In this document: piece after piece, positions 12,705-27,040 of the stretch
Layout of the letters: every line of letters starts with the position of its first letter
How positions within the stretch are numbered: position 1 is the stretch's first letter
NCBI RefSeq assembly: GCF_009914755.1
Contig: NC_060933.1
Length of the DNA stretch: 64,000 bases
Strand: one strand, 5' to 3'
Source of the DNA: the human T2T-CHM13v2.0 reference genome, Homo sapiens
Notes under the pieces: generated by a model
What the model was told of the DNA's origin: nothing
Database searches by the model: none
The model's input: only the letters and a program-made list of their open reading frames with translations
Position numbers and translations under genes: made by a program

Positions 12705-12735
<31 letters not shown>

Positions 12736-14520
12736 CACTCGGCCCGCTCCCCTAGGGCGGCTGGGCGCGCACTCACCCCCGGGATCGCTCCTTCACACTC
12801 ACTCTCCCTCTCGGCCTTAGCCAGGTCTCTCCTGCGCACACTCCCGCACGTTCAGGCCCTGACGGCCTCGCACCGACTCCCTGGCACACCCCGGGCCAAC
12901 TCTCGGGGTCCTCCCTCCGGCGTCGCCGTGAGAGGAACGCGAGCCAGAACCCCCAACCCCCACTTTGGGCAGAAGAAGCCAGCCGGCTCCGCCTCTCCCC
13001 TATTGCTACTGCCCCCCGCAACGACTCCCCTCCCGGTCACCCCCTCGCGCGGGGGAAAGGGGCTTCCTTGACCGGGGATGGACCCTGCCGGGAGCCCAGG
13101 CCCATGCCTCCAGTGTCTCCGATGACACCAACACCACTACTCGCATGTTCCTCGCGCCCCGAGGACACACAGCCGGGGGAGAAGCCTCCACTGGAATGAA
13201 GGGGTAGGGAGGGTGCACTCTCAATGCCGGGCACAGGCGCACCCCTCGATAGGAGGCTCACTCCCTTCGCAGCCTGGGCCTCTGAGGGGCCGGGGTGTTC
13301 ACTGCACTCGTCCCTGGGCCTCCGGTCTGGCTGCAACATAGGAGAGTAAGGTTGGACAACCTGACCAACTTCTGAGGCCACGTGAAAGCGCAATGGAGTG
13401 GCAATGGCAGAGGCAGAGACCGAGAAAGCCACCCCCGTCTCCACCCCTTGGATTTGTCACCTGACCCTTGACCCATAATCCTGGGCCCTGCCCCTCCGGG
13501 GAGCTGCTCTAGGGCTGAGGGCGAGGAGAAGGGAGGGAAATGTCTCCATGTTTCCTCACATCCTTCCCCAGTAGGCTGCCTAGAGCGCCCGGGCCCTTTC
13601 CCAACAAATGCCTCAGGGACTCCCACTGCAGAGGAAAATCCTTCTTCCCGCCACGGCCTGGGCTTTTCACTTTCACTTCCGTGGCCACAGAATCCCCTTC
13701 CTACAACTGGCAGGGGTCGGCATGGGCTGGAGCTCAGAGACGGCCAGCTAGGACTTCAGGACACACAGCAAACTAGCTGCGCCCCGCTGAGGGTCAGCGC
13801 ACAGCCGCCCACACAAGGTGTCCTCTCCCCGGGCTCTCTGGGCCGCCGGCCTCCTGCTTCCCGTGCCGCAGACCGGGATTAGACTGTGGACGCGGGGAAG
13901 GAAGGGGGCGTTGCGACGGGATCTTGAGGGGAGCAGGACTTGCCCCTGCCCCTGCGGCGAAGCTCTAGGCCCTGGCAAGGTTCGGTACACCGGGGGCCGC
14001 TCCTCCCCAGGGGGCTGACCGGCCTCGGCGCTCTAATCCGGCCGGGGAGGGGCGGACGGGGTGAAAATTGGCGAGTGGTTTGGGGAACGGACTTGACCTC
14101 CAGATGCCCTGGTGTCCCTGGCTCAGCCTCTTTCTGCCAGGTTGGGAGCAGTCGGGAATTCTGTCCCGGTCCAACGTCCCCCTCGGCCCCCGGGGACGCA
14201 GAGGCTGCTGTCGGCAGAGCAGCAGTCCACGGCTGCGGGGACAAGATCCGCACTGGGAGTCCGGGGTCCTGGAAGTGGACGTGTGGATGTCAGACGATAA
14301 AGGAAGGGAAGAGGCGCACGTCGGACCTCTGTCCAGGCGTCAGTCGGTCAGCAGCTCCTCCCGGCGCGGGACCCAGCGGCCTCGAGCGCTTCCCCGGGGC
14401 CGAAGCGACACCTGGCGGACGGTGCGGGACGTGCGTTCCCTTCTGGCTGCTGCTCCTGCTCCGCGCTGAGGCCTCGGCCACCTACTGAACACCGGGGGCT
14501 GCCACCTCTCCACACAGCCG
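11580..14520. promoter_or_regulatory. CNTFR: CNTFR promoter CpG island complex
   Basis: Dense CpG, GC boxes, TATA-like TTAAAG on minus strand at 12295-12300, (CA)n/(CG)n tracts at ~11594-11632 and ~12703-12733. Confidence 0.85.
12102..12270 (-). other. CNTFR: CNTFR exon 1 (5' UTR)
   Basis: Donor CGG|gtgagt at 12102/12101; GGC-repeat leader; TATA-like element ~25-30 nt upstream; TSS approximate. Confidence 0.8.
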
Positions 14521-17469
14521 CCACCCGGCTCACAACCAATTTTCCTCCCCCCAGAGCTGGGTCAACAGACTAGTAGTGGTTTCCGCTCCTGCCGCCTCTG
14601 ATGCCCTACCTACACAGTAGCCTTTGAGCTTGTAAGCCTCAGTGCTGAGCCCTCCCCACCGCCTTGGGGGCAAAGTTGAGTTTCTTAGGTGGGGCTTCAA
14701 AACCCTGCAGGATCTGGCCCTGCCTCCTCTCCACCTTTATTAAGCGCCCCTATTCCCGGCCTCCCCAGCTCTGCGCCAGCCCCCTTCTGTGTCATGTCAC
14801 TTATCCTTAAGCCAAACCCCACTTCACTGACATCCTCTCCCCAACTCCATCTCCAAGAATTCACTGCCTTTCCAATCTTCACCATCTACCTTGCCCATGA
14901 TGGAGTGGCTGGAAGTAACACCCCCAGGCCAGATCCCTTGTGCCCTGCACGTGATGGGGATCTCACATTTGCGCCTGGGGAAATATGGGAAGTTCCTCGT
15001 TGACTTTCAGTTCCTGGAGTTCTCTACCATGAAAGGGGCTCTATGGCCAGGATTTCTGACACCACCCTCCACCCTGGCAGGTGACCTAAACTTGGACCCC
15101 CCCACACACACACCAAGGGATCAATTGTGCCATTCCAAGCCTTTGGGCAAGCAAAGACCCTTCCTTATTCTTACTGACATGTCTCCGAGGAAGGAGAGCT
15201 CCCTCCCCATCCCCTATGGTCTACCTTTCCAGTGCTCCTTTAGGAAACGGTGCTGGTTTCTAACTTGCAATACCATCAGAAAGTTTCTCCCTGCAGCACA
15301 CACCTGGCTCTCCAAAGTTACAAACACACACACTCTCACACACAGGCTCTCTGTATTACAAATGCCAAACACATGGTCACATAAAGTCACACACCCAATC
15401 TCAAACAGTAAAAGGTGTATATTCAACTTCACTATGGTACACTGAGAGTCAGGGTCCCCAGCTTGGGCTAGGAACTAGAGGTCCCAAAAGAGTAGGAGAG
15501 TCCCTGAGTCACACACACCATACCCACACATAGACACAGTTACACACACAGCCATGAACTCGGTCACACTGAGTGTCACACAGGCACACACAGAGTCACA
15601 CACGCTCTCAATCACACTGGGGTTTGGCGGGTTGGGGCGGGCTCCAGGAGGCAGTTACGTAAACGCCCTCAAGCCCCCGCCCTTGCTCCCCCTCACCCCG
15701 CCTGCTTCCTCACACAGTGCCAGCGCCCGGGGCGGCTTGGCCGGGGCCCGGGAACAGCTCGGCCTCGCGGAGGCTCCAGGCGCCGAGAAACCCGATCCGA
15801 CAGAGCCCCGGGCCGGGCCGAGCCAGGGAGGGGGGCCCAAAACCCCCCCACTCAGGGTCCAGCCCAGGCCCCTAGGGACGACTTACCCCTGCATCCAGAG
15901 ACAGCTCCCAGCACCATCCGGAGATAGTACCTGGGGCCCACTCACAACATCCCCATCCTGCACACCCCCTTCTGGAATCCTATCATCTGGACGGCTGCCT
16001 GTGTGCCCTGACCCTTCCAACCTCTGTCACCAGAAAGGGCAAAGATCCCCTAAAGGTAGAGAATGGGGGAAACTAAGTATCCAACCTTGAATTACCCCCA
16101 GTTCCTGGAACTATCTCCTCTTCCCTTCTCACCAGGGCCCTCTAAATTCACTCTGATAGAGAGGGGCTTTCATTCCTGTCCAGGTCCCCCTCAGATTTGC
16201 TGCCTATCGATTCCAATATATTCTGTCAGAATTCTAAATTATTCAGGTCCAAGGTCTCCCCTCCCGCCCTTTGATATCCTTTCTTCCTCCTCCAGTGGAA
16301 GTTCTAACTCCAGTCTAATCCCAGTTCCTCTCGTTTGCTAAAAAGAAATTTTGAGAGTAACCTGAGGAATCGGGAACAAAATCACCAAAAGGCAGAAAGA
16401 TTAAGGCTCAGGAAACCCCTGGAAGTCAGGAGTCTGAGAAGAGGGGAGACAATGTCTGTTGTGCGCCCCCCAACATAACCCCCACCCCATTCTGCAGCCT
16501 AGACTCCATTTTTCACGATAGCTTTTGAGTGTCTGCTTGGGCCGCCTGGGCCCAGGCAGAAAGGGAATTTCCCCCTATGTTCTCTGTTAATGAACAAAAC
16601 ATTTCATGTTGAAATTCCTCCTCTCTGCCCCCAGCCCAGTGTCTCCAGGGCCCTCCAGCCTGACCAAGCAGGGGCACCATTAGGAGGGGGGTAACAGAGA
16701 AGAGGGAAGCCCCCAGGGGAAGCATAATTTACACTAGGGGGCATCTTTTTAAAAAATAAATAATTAGGGTGACTTTTTTTTTTCACTTTTGGCTAAAATT
16801 ATCCACTCCTGTGGCAGCTTCCCAGAAAGGGCGGCGGGAGGGCGGCCGGAGCTGTCCCGAGGCCCAGGACATGGCCCCCCTCCCCCGGGCGAGGAGCCTT
16901 CCTCAAGTTGTTTTCCTGGTCTCTTCCTCTTGGATGTTTTTTGATTATTAATCACATTTTCCATCCTCAGTCTCAGACCAGACCCCCTCCCCCCAGGGTC
17001 AGGGCTGGACAGAGGGAGGAGGAGCGGGCTCCGGGAAGATGACTTGGGGACAAGATGGGCAGTGACCCCTGGCCCTGGCTGACCTGAAGGACACTGTCAG
17101 TGGCATGTCACAGATCATATCCTCACCATCCTAGCACATAGTAGGTGGCATCCTTAATCAATACAAGTGAAGTAAATGAATGAACAGGTGTCTAGCTTTC
17201 ATAGCACCCAGCTGGCACTGAAAAATAAAGCCCCTAGTGCTGGTCCCCTTATGCTGCAGACAGAGAAACAGCCCAGAGAAAGGGAGTCACTTGCTCAGAG
17301 TCACACAGCAAGTTAGTGCCTTGGCCAGAGCAGTACCTCAAGAATGCTGATGGCTCCCCGCTTCCTGAGTCAGTCAATAAATATATATTGAGCACCTACA
17401 GTATGCCAGGCATTGATCTAAGTAGTGAACCAGACAAAAATATCTGCCCTTGCAAGGACATAGAGCAAC

Positions 17470-17907
17470 TAGAACTCCATAGAATGCTAGTGCATGTTAA
17501 GTTGGTACGACCACTTTGAAACACTGTGTGGCAGTATCCACTAAAGCTGGGCATATATTTATTCTATGGCCTAGCAAGTCCGTTCCTAGATATATACCCA
17601 GGAGGAATGATCAAATATGTTTACCAAGAATGTTCGTAGCAGCTTTACTAATGATAGCCCCAAACTGGAAACAACACAAATAGATAAACAGATCGTGATG
17701 TAAGTACAGCAATGGAAAACAACCAGCTACATACAACAATGTGAATAAATCTCACAGACAAAATGTTGAGCAAAGGGGAAAAAAGACACAAAAAGAGTAC
17801 ATAATGAATGATTTCATTTATATGAAGCTCAAGAATAGGCAAAACTAACGTATGGTGACAGAAATCAGAATTGTAGTTACTGCTGTTGGGGGAGAGTGGT
17901 ACAAGTA
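17470..17907 (+). mobile_element. Old L1M 3' fragment
   Basis: L1M 3'UTR-like motifs (aatgttcgtagcagctttactaatgatagccccaaactggaaacaac). Confidence 0.75.
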
Positions 17908-17909
17908 TA

Positions 17910-18231
17910 CAGTTGTCCCTTGATATCTGTGGGGGATTGGTTCCAGGACCCCCTGAGGATACCAACTCTGAGGATGCTTAAGTCCCTTATATAATAAATG
18001 GCATAATATTTGTGTATGATCTAAGCACATCCCCACATCTACTTTAAATCAGCTCTAGATTGCTTGTAATATCTAATACAATGTAAGTGTTATGTAAATA
18101 GTTGTTATACTGTTTTGGTTTTTATTTGTATTGTTTTTTATTGTTGTATTTCTATTTTTATTGCTTTTTTTTTCCTAATGTGGTTGGTTGAATCAGAGGA
18201 TGCAGAACTCACAGATATAGAGGGCCAACTG
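17910..18231. mobile_element. MER2-like TcMar-Tigger MITE nested in L1
   Basis: Terminal inverted repeats cagttgtccct / agggccaactg with TA on both sides. Confidence 0.85.
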
Positions 18232-18258
18232 TACACATGCATTAAAATTGTACACTGT

Positions 18259-18566
18259 AGGCCAGGCGCAGTGGCTCATGCCTGTAATCCTAGCACTTTG
18301 GGAGGCTGAGGTGGGCGGATCACGAGGTCAGGAGATCGAGACCATCCTGGCTAACACGGTGAAACCCTATCTCTACTAAAAATACAAAAAAAAAAAAATA
18401 GCTGGGCGTAGTGGTGGGTGCCTGTAGTCCCAGCTACTCAGGAGGCTGAGGCAAGAGAATGGCATGAACCCGGGAGGCAGAGCTTGCAGTGAGCCAAGAT
18501 TGTGCCACTGCACTCCAGCCTGGGTGACAGAGCGAGATTCCGTCTCAAACAAACAAACAAACAAAA
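18259..18566 (+). mobile_element. Alu (Y-like) with (AAAC)n tail
   Basis: gatcgagaccatcctggctaacacggtg diagnostic; degenerate TSD aaaaYtgtRcactgta. Confidence 0.95.
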
Positions 18567-20506
18567 CTGTGCACTGTATATATTTGTTCATGCAAAAGTC
18601 CCAAGTCTGGTTCCCCAGCCCCGTCAGGCAAGAGGTGGCAGCCTAAATGACACCTAAGAGAGGCCTATACTAAGCCCTTTTGTCCTCCCTCACAGTGCCA
18701 TCCTCTTTTTCCTTATAGTAGTTAGTTTGATGTCTAATTATCTAGTTACTTCTGTGATGCATGTGAGCTCCAATGAGGGCAGCCCTGTGGCCTCCATCTC
18801 CAGTCACGTAGAGTTGGGTCTGGCATAGAACAGGTGTGCTCAACGTTTGAAATAGATTTAAATAAATGTTGATGGAATGAATGATGCAAGCAATTAAGTA
18901 GGACAACCTTGACCTGTGAGAAGTAAACCGAAGCTCCAGAGCACAGGGGTGGGAGCCTAGATGAATGGGTCGCAGCCTTGAGGGATGGGAAAGAGGTTTA
19001 GTGACTAGTGAGGTGGCAGAGACCGGAAGGCAGGCTGAGGCAACCTGAGTGGCTCAGACACCACATCCTGAAATGCCTTTGGGGCCAAGGCTGTTGAGGC
19101 ATAGAAGGGCATAAAGAAGTCAGGAATATAAACACATTGGAGTTTTAGCAAGACTATTGAGGCTGCTGGGTAGAGGGTGGTGAGGATGGCGGAGGCTGGA
19201 GGTGGGGCAGCCACAGAGAGGTATCTACGGTGACCCATAAGAAAGAGATCTCCAGCCTGACCTGGGGCAAGCAGAGAGAGGACAGGGTTTGGGAAAGGGG
19301 CAGGACATCAGATTCATCTGCTTCATCTGCTCCCATGACCCCCGGAGGATCTCCCATGTCACTTTATATACAGAGAACGGGCTCGCTGGACACTTAGTCC
19401 TGTGTCTGCTCTCCCAAGCACCCTCCTGCTGGGTGATCCCAAAGTTTGGGCTAAGTGTGGAAAGAGAAGCAGGTGGGGAGAAAGGGAGCAGAGTATCCAG
19501 AAGAGGGACAGGGAGAGGGAGTGGGAGGTGGGGGCAGGGATAGGGAAGATGGAGAAACTAGGAGTCAGGGGACTGTGCATCAAAGGTGGGAGCAGGGGCA
19601 TACGTTTGCAAAATCACAGATACAATTTTTCATTTTGCAAAAATTTGCATGAACAAATTCCCTGCTCAGAAGCACAAAGTCCCTTCATGCTTCCCCACCC
19701 CAGTGGGCACTGATCCCACCTACCCACCATTCCTCATGGAGGAGAAAACTATCCTCAAAGGATTGTCCCCCCTAGTACCAACCCAGAGTCTGACATTGCT
19801 CTCTGCTGCTATAGAGCTGGGTCCTGGATAACAGCTGGGATTTCCAGGAAGGCCTGAGGACCATGTGTCCCTAAGATTGGATCCCTCCCTTCGCCTCCCA
19901 TGGCTCTATTTCCTGCCAGCCTGTGATTCTCTGAAGTAGGGGAGAGGGAAGATAAAAGGCCCCAACTTTCCCCCAGAAACTCAACTGTGGTGATTGGGAA
20001 GGCAGATAAAAGTCAGAGATTTGGAAACTTAATGCCAGCGTTACCATGTCTGAGGGAAATAGACAGAGGCAGAGGGAGACTCCAAGAGAAAAAACTGAAT
20101 TAAATTCAGTTCAACAGACGTTTATTGGTGCCTACTGTGTGCCAGGCCTAGAGGGAACATTGTGTACAAAACTACAGATGACTCCCATGTTTTTGGCTTG
20201 AGAGACTAGGAGATGATGGTACCATTCACCGAGCTGGGGAGAGAGAAGGGACTTGACATATTCAGTTGAAGGGTCTATGGTGTGACAACTAGGTATGTAA
20301 CCCCTGTTCAACAGTTCCCAGCATCCTTTATGCTCAGCATGTGCTGGAGGCTTGGGCATTTAGAGTCTCAGACTAACCTGGGCATTATGATGGTGCTAGG
20401 GGATGATGAGATAGATCAGAGAACAGGGAGGGGGTGTGATAAGAAAGGAAGAGGAGAGGAGGATTGAAACTAAAACTCTGGGAACCCATGATTAAAAGAG
20501 AGGAAA

Positions 20507-21353
<847 letters not shown>

Positions 21354-24300
21354 CTAGGGGTATGGAACAGGCTGGTGTAGACTCCTCCACAGGGGCCTGT
21401 GAGTAGAGTGTAGACCCCTCCTTCCCCAGCCTCCATGCTGTTCCCTGGAGCCCTGCTTGGGTTGGGGGCCTCTCTCAGCCAGGCAGAAGAATCAAAAAGC
21501 TCCTCCCAGGCCCCTAGACTTCCATCCCTGAGCCCTGGTTTTTGGTCTCCCCAGGAGAGTTCTGAGCCTTCCTCAAGCTCAGGAGCATGCAGTGGTTGGG
21601 GAACCCTGGGGACCCTGGGGGTAATTGAAACCAGGGCTAAGACATTAGAAACCATAACGCTGACTCTGCGGCTCCCCCAGGATAGCTCCTGGTTTTCTTC
21701 TCACCCCGATCCTCCCTGCTGTTGACAGCTCAGCTCTCCCAGGCCCCCAGCAGCTGGGCTGCTGACCCTCCTCCTCAAACCAACTAGAAGGGGCGTCCAA
21801 CCAGAAGGCACCCAAAGCCAGCCCTCAGGGACCTTTTCTCTGCTCTCAGAAAAGCTTAGTGTATACCAGGCTAACCTCTTCATATTGAGGCATCCCAAAT
21901 TCTAGTCTTAATAATCCCTTTTTGCAGAACCTAGGGAGTTGAAGTTAGACAATGGGAACAATTTTGCAATAGTGAAAAAGAAAGGGAGGAGGTAGATGTA
22001 GGGCAGGAGTGCCCGTCAGCTAGCAGGTGCTCAATAAATATGTGGAGAAAAACAGATCTCAAAGCCTGGACCCCACCAGAGGGAGGTGTTGGCTGGCCAG
22101 ATCTGTAACAGGGGCAGTACAGGCTACACACCAGGGTAGCAGGAAGTGACAAGGTCAGATAAGGAATTCTGTGGCCTGGAAGCTCTCTCCTTGCTTGGAT
22201 GTCTCTCTTTCTCTACGTTGCAGTCCTTGTCTCTTAGCAAAAGGACCAGAAGCTGCACTTTTGTAAGACTGATGGGAAGGCCCTCCCCCTGCACAGCTGT
22301 CCAGAGATTTCAGGATTCCTAGATTCCCCAAGTGCTGGTGTGGAGATTTGGGCCTGCCTCTGTCTCTGTCTGTCTCTCTCCCTGGCTTTTTGGTTAGAGA
22401 CAGAGGGGTTCAAATACCTACTCTACTACCTACTGGCTTTGTGGCCTCAAAAAGTGACTTAAGGTCTCAATTACCTCAGAAGTAAAATGGGATCATAACA
22501 GTGCCTATTTCCTAGGACTGTGGTGAAGATTAAGTTAAATGAGATAATCCAGTCAAGTGCTTAGTGCTAGCCCTAGCAGGTGCTAAAGCCCCCTTCGTCT
22601 GCTGGCTTTGGCTTCCTCCCAGTTGATGTCTATGTCTCCTCTGTCACGGCCTTTCTCCCCATTTTCTCTATCAACATTATCCTCTGTCTCTGTCTTTTAC
22701 TGTCTTTCTCTTGATCTCTTTGGCTCTCCTTGTATCTGGCCCTGCCTGCATGACCCTGCTCCAACCCTCTGGCACAATTGGCCTAGGTGAGGTAGGGTAG
22801 GGGTGTCCAGGAAGGTAAATTTAAATATGGCATTCATGGCAGCAGGGTCATGCCTGAGCCTGAACATAGGTGAACCACAATCGTTGGGGTGAGTACTTCT
22901 GTCTATGGCCCTTTCTGACTGGGCAGAAGAGCTGGGGGCTCACTCTGGCAGTCCTCTTGGAGGAGGGGGGACTTGTCCTGACTGTTCTGGGCCGCCCCCA
23001 CACCTGGACCCAGGCCAGATCCCCATAGCTAGTGCCTGCCTGGAGGTGAGGCAACCTGCCCAAAGGCCAGAACTGAAAGGGGTAGCCCTCTACCTCCACA
23101 CAGAGTTGCTTACCTGACCTCAAAACATTCTGGCCCACCCTCATCCAAGTTCTGCTCTGAGCCTCCCATACCCCATCCCAAACCCTGTGTGGAAGCACAT
23201 TGCCTCCATAGATCTAGTTTCTCTTGTCTCTGGCTCTTCCTATCTCTGTCTCTATCTATGTGTCTCTGTCTTCTCAATCTCGATCTATGACTTTGGCAAC
23301 TGCATAAGCCTTGCACCCCTAAGCTAAGACCACCAGGGATAAGAAACTGCAGGGGTTGAAGAGTCTGTGTTCTTCACCTGGTCCAAAAAGCTCCTTCTTG
23401 GTGGTGGTGGTGGGGCGAACACAAGAAATCCAGATGTCATTTCCATGTCACTGTGGACCTGTGAAGGCAGGGGGCATGGCATAGAATAGGTGCTCATTAA
23501 ATATAAACCAAATGAAGGAGGGGCAAACAGAGGACTCCAAACAAGGAACTGAATGGCTGAGGCTGTAGCAGGCAGGAACATGGAGAGACTATGGAAAGGC
23601 TGCTGCTCAACTTTGTGACTCAACAAGGAGTCTTCTTTGGGGGTCAGGATTGGTCTCAACTAGCCCTAGATGCTGCCACACCTGGGCCCTGGCCAGCCCC
23701 TTCACGTCAGCTCTTGGGCAGACAGCCAGATGGGTGAGCCACTAAGACTTCCCCATCACTTCCCTACTCCCAACACACCATTGCCTCAAGGTGCCCACCA
23801 GCTTCAAGCAGAGTGCTGGGAATACAGAGCCAGAGAGGGAGAAACTCTGGGCAGGGGCACACGGCAGGCAGAGGCTGAGACAGGAGTCTGGTGTCCTGGT
23901 AGCCAGCCTGGGCCTGTCATGAGGATCCTATGCCAGTACAGTGATGGGGTCCAGACCCGAAACAGGATTTTATGTGGGGAGAGAAGCCAGGAATCCTTGA
24001 ACATGTGGGCAGCTGGGCAAGGGGTGGAACGTCCCATCAGGTAAGGACAGATGTGCAGCTTCTTGTCCTTCTTGTTAGATAAAGACAAGCATTGAGACAA
24101 AAGGTTCAGAGAGATAGAATCAGAGCAAAAGAGAGAAGAGAGAGCCTGGGAGACAGACCGAGAAATAGAAACTCTCAGAGACACAGTCAGGCACAAAAAC
24201 AAAGATGCAGAGAAAGAGATGTGAGTCAGGGACACAGACAGGGAAATGCAGAAGAGAGAGCCATGGAATTAAAGACACAGAGACCAAGATAGGGAGGGAT

Positions 24301-24623
24301 ATGAAATCAGAGAGAAACTGTCTCAGTCACAGAGCAACAATGTGGAGACAGACTCAGACAGAGAAACACAGAGACAGGGAGAAAAAAAAATTGAGAGATA
24401 GAGAGATGGAGAAGAGAGAGAGGAGGACAGCGACAGCAAGATCAAGAGAGGCAGAGAGATGGACAGAGGACAAGGCAGAAGGAAGCAAAGACAGGGCTAG
24501 GCAAAGAAAGAGATCAAAACATTAGGAGTGGGAAAAGTGGGCGAGGGACAAAGGAGTTTCGTGGCCTCAGTCTCTCTAGCCTGGTCTCCCCAGGGTGTTG
24601 GACCCTTACTTTGCTATTCTCTG

Positions 24624-24662
24624 GTTTCCATAGCAACAGGGAGGGCAGCGCCAAATTTGCAT
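24624..24662. promoter_or_regulatory. RFX X-box plus POU octamer
   Basis: GTTTCCATAGCAAC at 24624-24637 and ATTTGCAT at 24655-24662. Confidence 0.55.
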
Positions 24663-25834
24663 ACACATTTACATCCTTTCTATTTGAATAATTCAACAGG
24701 TTTCTGTGCATATTCATGAGATAATGAATGAAGGTGACTCTCAATCCCTGCTCAAAACCTGGCTATGGTATCCCCTGCTTTGTAGTGTATGGTATGGCTC
24801 TGAGCCTGGTTTTGTAGGCCTTGACCTCTCCCTGCCAGACCCTGCTAACGATGCCAGCCCCTCCTCCCCAAACATCTTTTGCATTTTCCTACCTCTAGGC
24901 CTTTCTTCAGGTTATGCTCCTCTGCCTGCAGGGGATGCCTTTCCCTCAGCGTCAGTCCTGCCAGTGGCCTCTGGTAAGGAGTAGCAGGAGATGACAGGGG
25001 TGAGCAGGGCTCATCTTGGCTCCCTGGTGGAGGCGATCCTTCAGTCACATTCCTAACTGGGGGTGCTTGAAAGGGTCACACTGAGAGAGGCTGGGGTGTA
25101 GGCTGAGCTGCAGTCTGACAAATCTACCAACATAGAGCTACCTAGGACACAGTGGCCTCCATATGGAAACTGACAAAGCCCTTGGTTCCAGCTAGAATAA
25201 TCAGAGGAGCTGAGATAGCACCAAAAGGAATCTCAGGAACAGAGGGGCTGAGGTGGCTCAGATGGTGGGGGAGAAAGTTCCTAGGGCCAAGAACCCTTTC
25301 AAAGTGCCAGGCATTGAATGGCCTTGTGGGCTGGGAGGAGCTTCTTCCGGGCCTGCTCTGCTTATAATTTTGGCCTCACTGACTACCCCTTGGATCCCTA
25401 CAGCAGCTTTCTCACTGCTCTTCCTGCCCTGTACTGCAATCCACTCTCCACATTGTAGCCAGAGTTCTCTTTCTAAACACAATCTGATATTCCACAGAAC
25501 TCCCACCTTGAAGCCTTCAGTGACGTTCCATCTCCCTCAAGATAGAGTCCAAGCACCTTTGGCCAGGCTTGCAGGCCTCTCTGTCTGACCCCCACTCACT
25601 TCTGAGCCTCATCCCTTACTCTCTGCCTTGAACTTCATGCTCCAGTGATCATCTCTATGCTGCCTCTATGCCTTGGCTTATCGCTTCCCTTCACCTGGAA
25701 TGTCATGCCCACTTCTCTCCTAAGCTATTCAAGATTCCACAGAGGTATCACCTTCTCTTCTTTAAATCTTTGTGTGTCTCTAAAAGTTGGAATACGGGCT
25801 CTGTCTGAACTCATGCAGCAGTAAACCTGCCTAA

Positions 25835-26164
<330 letters not shown>

Positions 26165-26380
26165 TAGGGAAATTATATATGTGGCTATAGCCCTCTTGGG
26201 GTTGGAGGTTCCAAGCCCAGTGACTATATTTGTCACATTGTGGATGATCATCAGCTGTTTGTTGAATAACTGAGGGGTCACTGAGCCCATTAAGGATCAA
26301 ATTTCAAGTCTCTGTGTCTTGGGACTCCTGAGGCCCTCTGCACAGACCCTGGAAAGGAATGGGCTATCCCTTTGCAAATG

Positions 26381-26397
26381 CTGCCACCTTGTGGCCA
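26381..26397 (-). promoter_or_regulatory. CTCF-like motif
   Basis: Reverse complement reads TGGCCACAAGGTGGCAG. Confidence 0.55.
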
Positions 26398-26708
26398 CAG
26401 CCAGAAGTGAGTGTAGCCAGAACATCACCTATCAATGTGAGAGCTGGACCAGACAAGTATTACAGTAAGGAGTGGGGAGGTAGTAGGTCCCAAGGGAGTG
26501 CTCAGAGGCCAGCACCTGTGTCCTTTAAACATTCTTGATGAGTTCCAAGCAGACAGAATGACAAGAACAAAGACTCAGAGGCAGAAAATCTTATGGCACT
26601 TGGGAAGTGTGACTGTGGTCAGAGCCTAGGGTCCAACAGGACAAGGCCAAAGACGGACTAAGCCATGGGCAGGGGCCAAGCAAAGGGGTCCTTTAAAACC
26701 ACCCAGTG

Positions 26709-27040
<332 letters not shown>

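Noticed and set aside
11750-14540. Many overlapping ORFs of 100-240 aa
   Set aside because: CpG-island artefacts appearing in several frames on both strands
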